Shown: one piece after another, positions 34,114 through 37,876 of the stretch
Layout: each line of letters starts with the position of its first letter
Position numbering within the stretch: position 1 is the stretch's first letter
NCBI GenBank assembly: GCA_013115145.1
Contig: JAAPAO010000341.1
Coordinates: 1 to 37,876 of the forward strand
DNA: 37,876 bases
Direction: 5' to 3'
From: Perkinsus chesapeaki ATCC PRA-425
Lineage: Eukaryota; Protista; Perkinsozoa
Notes under the pieces: model-generated
What the model saw: the letters and a program-made list of their open reading frames with translations, nothing else
Database searches by the model: none
Told to the model about the DNA's origin: nothing
Translations under genes and position numbers: made by a program

Positions 34114-34983
34114 TCATTTCATGATGAAATTTTCATCCATCTTTCTCAGAATAGCAGCACTCGCTACAGCACTCTTGGGCCTCTTAGTTTTATAAGTATT
34201 CAATCTCATCAATAACCCTTCTAAAATCTCATTCTCAATCCCCAAGGTCTTCATTCTCCCCCTCAGCTCCTTCAGCGGCACGTATTGTGCCATCGCCTGG
34301 TTTACTCTGGCGAAGTCAACCAACACCTTCGCGCAAGTAATCAAGTCGGTCTCTCTGGAGATAACCCTTATATATTTGTGAGAATGAACGATCAATAAGT
34401 AATTGAGAACAGGTAACAACGCCTCGTATTTCTCTTCATCGTCGGCATTTCCACATCTTGCCAGCAAATCAAATAGCATTCCCATCTCGCAGACACCCAA
34501 AAGGCAGATGAAGTTCCTCAAGGGCTCCTTTTGGTCGAATAGGGCTGACAGGCAGAACTTATCCCCTTTATGGCGACTCAAACGCTCCAAGAAAATCGCC
34601 GCTTTCTTGGGGGAGTCGATAACTTCGTCATAACTGTTTTGATTGGATTCACCAACTTCACGTATTTGATGTAAATAAGGACAGCCTTCACCTTTATTAC
34701 ACTCACCTTTCTGGTAAAAATGACAAACACGTTTAGAAGGATCGGCGTCATGAGCAAACCGACACGAGGAACCATTATTGCATTTGCCACGAGCAAAGAA
34801 ATGACACGGCGACTTCTTGTCAGAGTGCAGGAATTGACATGCCTGGCCACGAGTGCAATGTCCGCGATCGTAAAACTGACAGCGGATCAGGGCTGCCCCC
34901 CTTCGAGGGTTATGATAGAACTTGCACGACAAACCGTGGGGACAACGTTCGCCAGCTTCATGGTAGTGGCAAGGAACTGGCAT
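34114..34983 (-). CDS. Four tandem CCCH zinc fingers plus a helical domain, intronless, 289 aa
   Basis: CHYHEAGERCPHGLSCKFYH, CQFYDRGHCTRGQACQFLH, CHFFARGKCNNGSSCRFAH and CHFYQKGECNKGEGCPYLH, followed by a Leu-rich helical region. Confidence 0.9.
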   Translation of the reverse strand: MPVPCHYHEAGERCPHGLSCKFYHNPRRGAALIRCQFYDRGHCTRGQACQFLHSDKKSPCHFFARGKCNNGSSCRFAHDADPSKRVCHFYQKGECNKGEGCPYLHQIREVGESNQNSYDEVIDSPKKAAIFLERLSRHKGDKFCLSALFDQKEPLRNFICLLGVCEMGMLFDLLARCGNADDEEKYEALLPVLNYLLIVHSHKYIRVISRETDLITCAKVLVDFARVNQAMAQYVPLKELRGRMKTLGIENEILEGLLMRLNTYKTKRPKSAVASAAILRKMDENFIMK

Positions 34984-35385
34984 ACCGAGATGAAAACAGA
35001 CTCCTACTGGGGGTAGAGATTTCTGTGAGACTATTGACGGAAATTCCGGAAGCGGTTAGGTGGCAGATTAGCCATCGCCGAGCTTCCCAGAATCTTGTAT
35101 GCAACCAATCAGTAACCTAACGAATGTATACAAATGAGTTACGCTTCAAGTTGGATCATACAGGCCACAGGCAATGGCCAGTCGGTAAGGATGAACCGAG
35201 CGATGGCGAGAATCTATGGAGTGCAAACAGAAGTCGAAAAATCTCGATCAACACACTCGGTTCGGAAACACAAGTATTGAAGCACTCTGACCTCCGTAGA
35301 TTGACAAGTGTAGGCGCGCAACACTAAAATGATAATGAGAAAAATAAAAAAGTGAATCTATATCAATCAGTGTCTTGGTTATCCA

Positions 35386-37876
35386 TCATGCGCCTTGGTT
35401 TGGCCATTGAGGAGCGGCATCTTCACCGGTGAAGTTGGCCATGAAACGGTTACCTGGAGAGAGCATGTCGAAACGGTAATCAAACCAATAATTTTGCATT
35501 CAAAAAACGCAGTTCAACGGTACACCACTTACCTTGTTCCATCCTATATGATCTGCCGCCGATCGAAGCGTTGCATTCCGGGCATTGAGTGATCTGATTA
35601 GCCCCGCCGCAGTCGGCAATGAAATAAGGATGCCCATTGGGACAGGCATACCAATGCCCAGCAGCTGCGCCCAACACGCCACGCTCGGCTTGCATAGCTG
35701 AGTTGATCTCACGACGCTCTTGTAGAGTGAGCTCTCTCGAGGCGATGATAAGTCTCTCTTTAACCTTCGTCACTAAGCCGATTCGATCCTTGATGATGTT
35801 GCTGTATCTGATAACGACCGCATTTGGCGGGCGACAGTGAAGCTGAGAATGAGGGTTAACGTAGTGGACCAAGTTTACTCGGGATGACTGCCGTGTTTGT
35901 GACGTAGATTCTTTAGAGTGCGATGAGGTCGGGCGGGCGAGTTGGACTGCCGCCGCCCACCTACCGCATATCGCGTGTTCATTGGAATGGTTGTTCAATG
36001 AGTTGTATGAGCTATTAGCAAGTGAGTTACTCTTCGTATTTCCAGCAGGTGTTCGGGAGTTCCGCGAGATTCCGGTCGATCCCTGACCGGCAGTGTCGAA
36101 GCGTTACAAAGAGCAAGGCTCAATATTGGAACGTGTATGTTTCAAATTCTACAACTGATAAGATGTGAAGATAACACCGAATAGAACTAACAAGGGAAAA
36201 GATATCGCCTACCTTGGCGCTGTGAAGATTGGTTCCCGACACACTGGGCAATCTCTCAGATGAATTGCCTGATGCTCGTCACGTGTGCGATTGTATTCCA
36301 TATACCTACGGGGGCAGGAAGAGGAGGAATATATTAATAAGGTTGCAGGCATTATTAATATGTGATATCGACCTCTACGATAGCGATGGCTGTTTAGAGG
36401 GTGCGGCTCTGAGAGCTCAAATATCTTTCAATACCACGGCGACTCGCCACTCTTTCCCTCGTGCCAGTTGCTCAAGGTAGTGTTAGGCGATTTGGGAGGG
36501 CAAGTGGAACCAACGAGCACCGGAAAGAAAACCTATTCTGTTAAGATACTAAAGTATTTGCTTATAGAAGATTAAGACGAGAGTTAAGGGCAAAAAGAAG
36601 TTACTAATGCTGCATTAGTAACTTCTTTCCGGATTAGTAATGCGGGCCTTGGATACTCTTTTAGATGTTCTCATGCGCAGCCCCACCCATATCCACAAGC
36701 CTCTCGAGGACTTACTGGTCCAAGCTGTCCAAGAAGAATGTGTGCCCGCACTCCGGTAAGGTATATATCTTCTCATCGCCCTCCTCAATAGCAGTGCCAA
36801 TCTCCTCGAATGAAATACCACAAGTAACATCACCATAGCAAACCGGACATATAGGACACGGTTCACCACATACACCTCGACACTGATGGCCACACTCGAG
36901 CTCCATCGTACAAGCCTCTTCGCAACGCGGACGATCACAAGGCTCACAGCAGAGCTTCGAACATTGATGGTGAGGACAGCGCCAGGGACAAGGCTCTCGA
37001 CAGGGCACGCAGAGCTCATAGCAAAGTTTGCTGCACATGTGACCATGCAGGCATTGAATGCCGCATTCTTCCTGGCAGAGGCGAGTGTGCGGTTTGCCGC
37101 AGCGCTCATCACAGTAGTGACCGCAGGTAAGGATCTCTTCACAGGCTTCCTCGCACTCCACTCTGTCATGCCCGTGTGGAGGATAACATTTCCTCGGACA
37201 GGTGTGGCCACAGGTCAGCTGCTCACCGCAACCGTGAGTGCAATTAGGGACATCATGGCACTTTTGTATGACGTCATGGCCGCAACTCTCGAGAACGACC
37301 TTCTTAGTGAATTCACATTCCAGCTGCGAGATCGGTTGCTGTGCTCGATGACATGGGACAGCTAGGCTATGCCCGCACCTCAGAGCCACTGTGACCTTCG
37401 TATCACATTTCAGCTCTACCTCATCTTCACGGTAATGGCATCGTACTCGTTTGGTGTGACCGCAGCTCAGCCTCACAGGCACTAGCACACTGCATGGTGT
37501 AGGGCAGGGATCCTCAGGTGTCGAGCCGGACCTCGTGCATTCCCAACAAAGATGAGAGCATCGATGCCCGCAGCCTATCGGCCTAGTTCTGTTGCATGGC
37601 TTCCCACAGGCGACCTTGTCGTGATCGAAGACATGACAGTTTAGCGGACAGCGATGGCCACACCGTTGCAGCAGTTGCCGGCAGGGCAATCGGCATCCGC
37701 CATCTCGGACGTGCACGAAATCCTCAGGTCTGGCGATCTGCTCATGTTGGTCGGGATGCACTCGACACTGCAGAGTCAAGGCCGGTCCGATTCTAGCTTC
37801 CGCCTGTAAGCGGAACTCGTGAAGCGCTTCGCTCCGCTGAGTCCGACTTATATTCTTTGTGCCAGCTTGTCCCATT
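35386..37876 (-). CDS. ZNFX1: ZNFX1 (NFX1-type zinc finger-containing protein 1) homolog, 3' part; helicase region lies outside the window
   Basis: IGPALTLQCRVHP..DF..V.DGGC matches the ZNFX1 post-helicase signature. It is followed by repeated CGHxC NF-X1 fingers, the degenerate RING CGHTF.LDSLDQYM...CPVCREPI..RYSNIIK and the RZ finger GHWYACPNGHPYFIADCGG...CPECNASIGG. Phase-consistent exons: end-36716, 36305-36213, 35807-35533, 35453-35386. Confidence 0.92.
36594..36628. repeat. Perfect 35-bp palindrome (17-bp arms, 1-nt spacer) in a ZNFX1 intron
   Basis: AAAGAAGTTACTAATGC-T-GCATTAGTAACTTCTTT. Confidence 0.97.

Noticed and set aside
5949-36715. Introner-like elements behind the similar-sized 405-425 nt introns (5949-6373, 35808-36212, 36306-36715)
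   Set aside because: No sequence similarity or shared termini seen between them.
36615-37796. Alternative-frame and antisense ORFs over ZNFX1 (36615-37211, 36886-37365, 37596-37796)
   Set aside because: Shadows of the Cys-rich ZNFX1 exon with no independent motifs.

Overview
Eukaryotic genomic DNA with short GT-AG introns, one 96-nt N gap and an intronless tRNA-Glu(TTC). Gene content and intron style suggest a Perkinsus-like alveolate; this is an inference. Recognisable genes are a secreted pepsin-family aspartic protease (2515-3597), a spliced Aurora kinase (30769-33332, minus), a 4xCCCH zinc-finger protein (34114-34983) and the 3' part of a ZNFX1 homolog with NF-X1 fingers, a degenerate RING and an RZ finger (35386 to beyond 37876). 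Lineage-specific genes include two paralogous Cys-rich secreted proteins with Thr/Pro stalks, two paralogs of a second secreted family, a long coiled-coil/EF-hand gene, an S/P-rich coiled-coil gene and a repeat protein built on ETVDRF. There are also pseudogenes, a decayed retroelement, a 20-bp minisatellite and local duplications. The most unusual signal is an 18-bp motif (AAATCGATCAACCGTTTC) repeated with near-invariant codons through the 8053-9363 ORF and also present as an exact inverted copy inside that ORF. A second recurring signal is chained fold-back palindromes and short templated insertions in non-coding or decaying DNA. Exon structures were traced by hand and are unvalidated.
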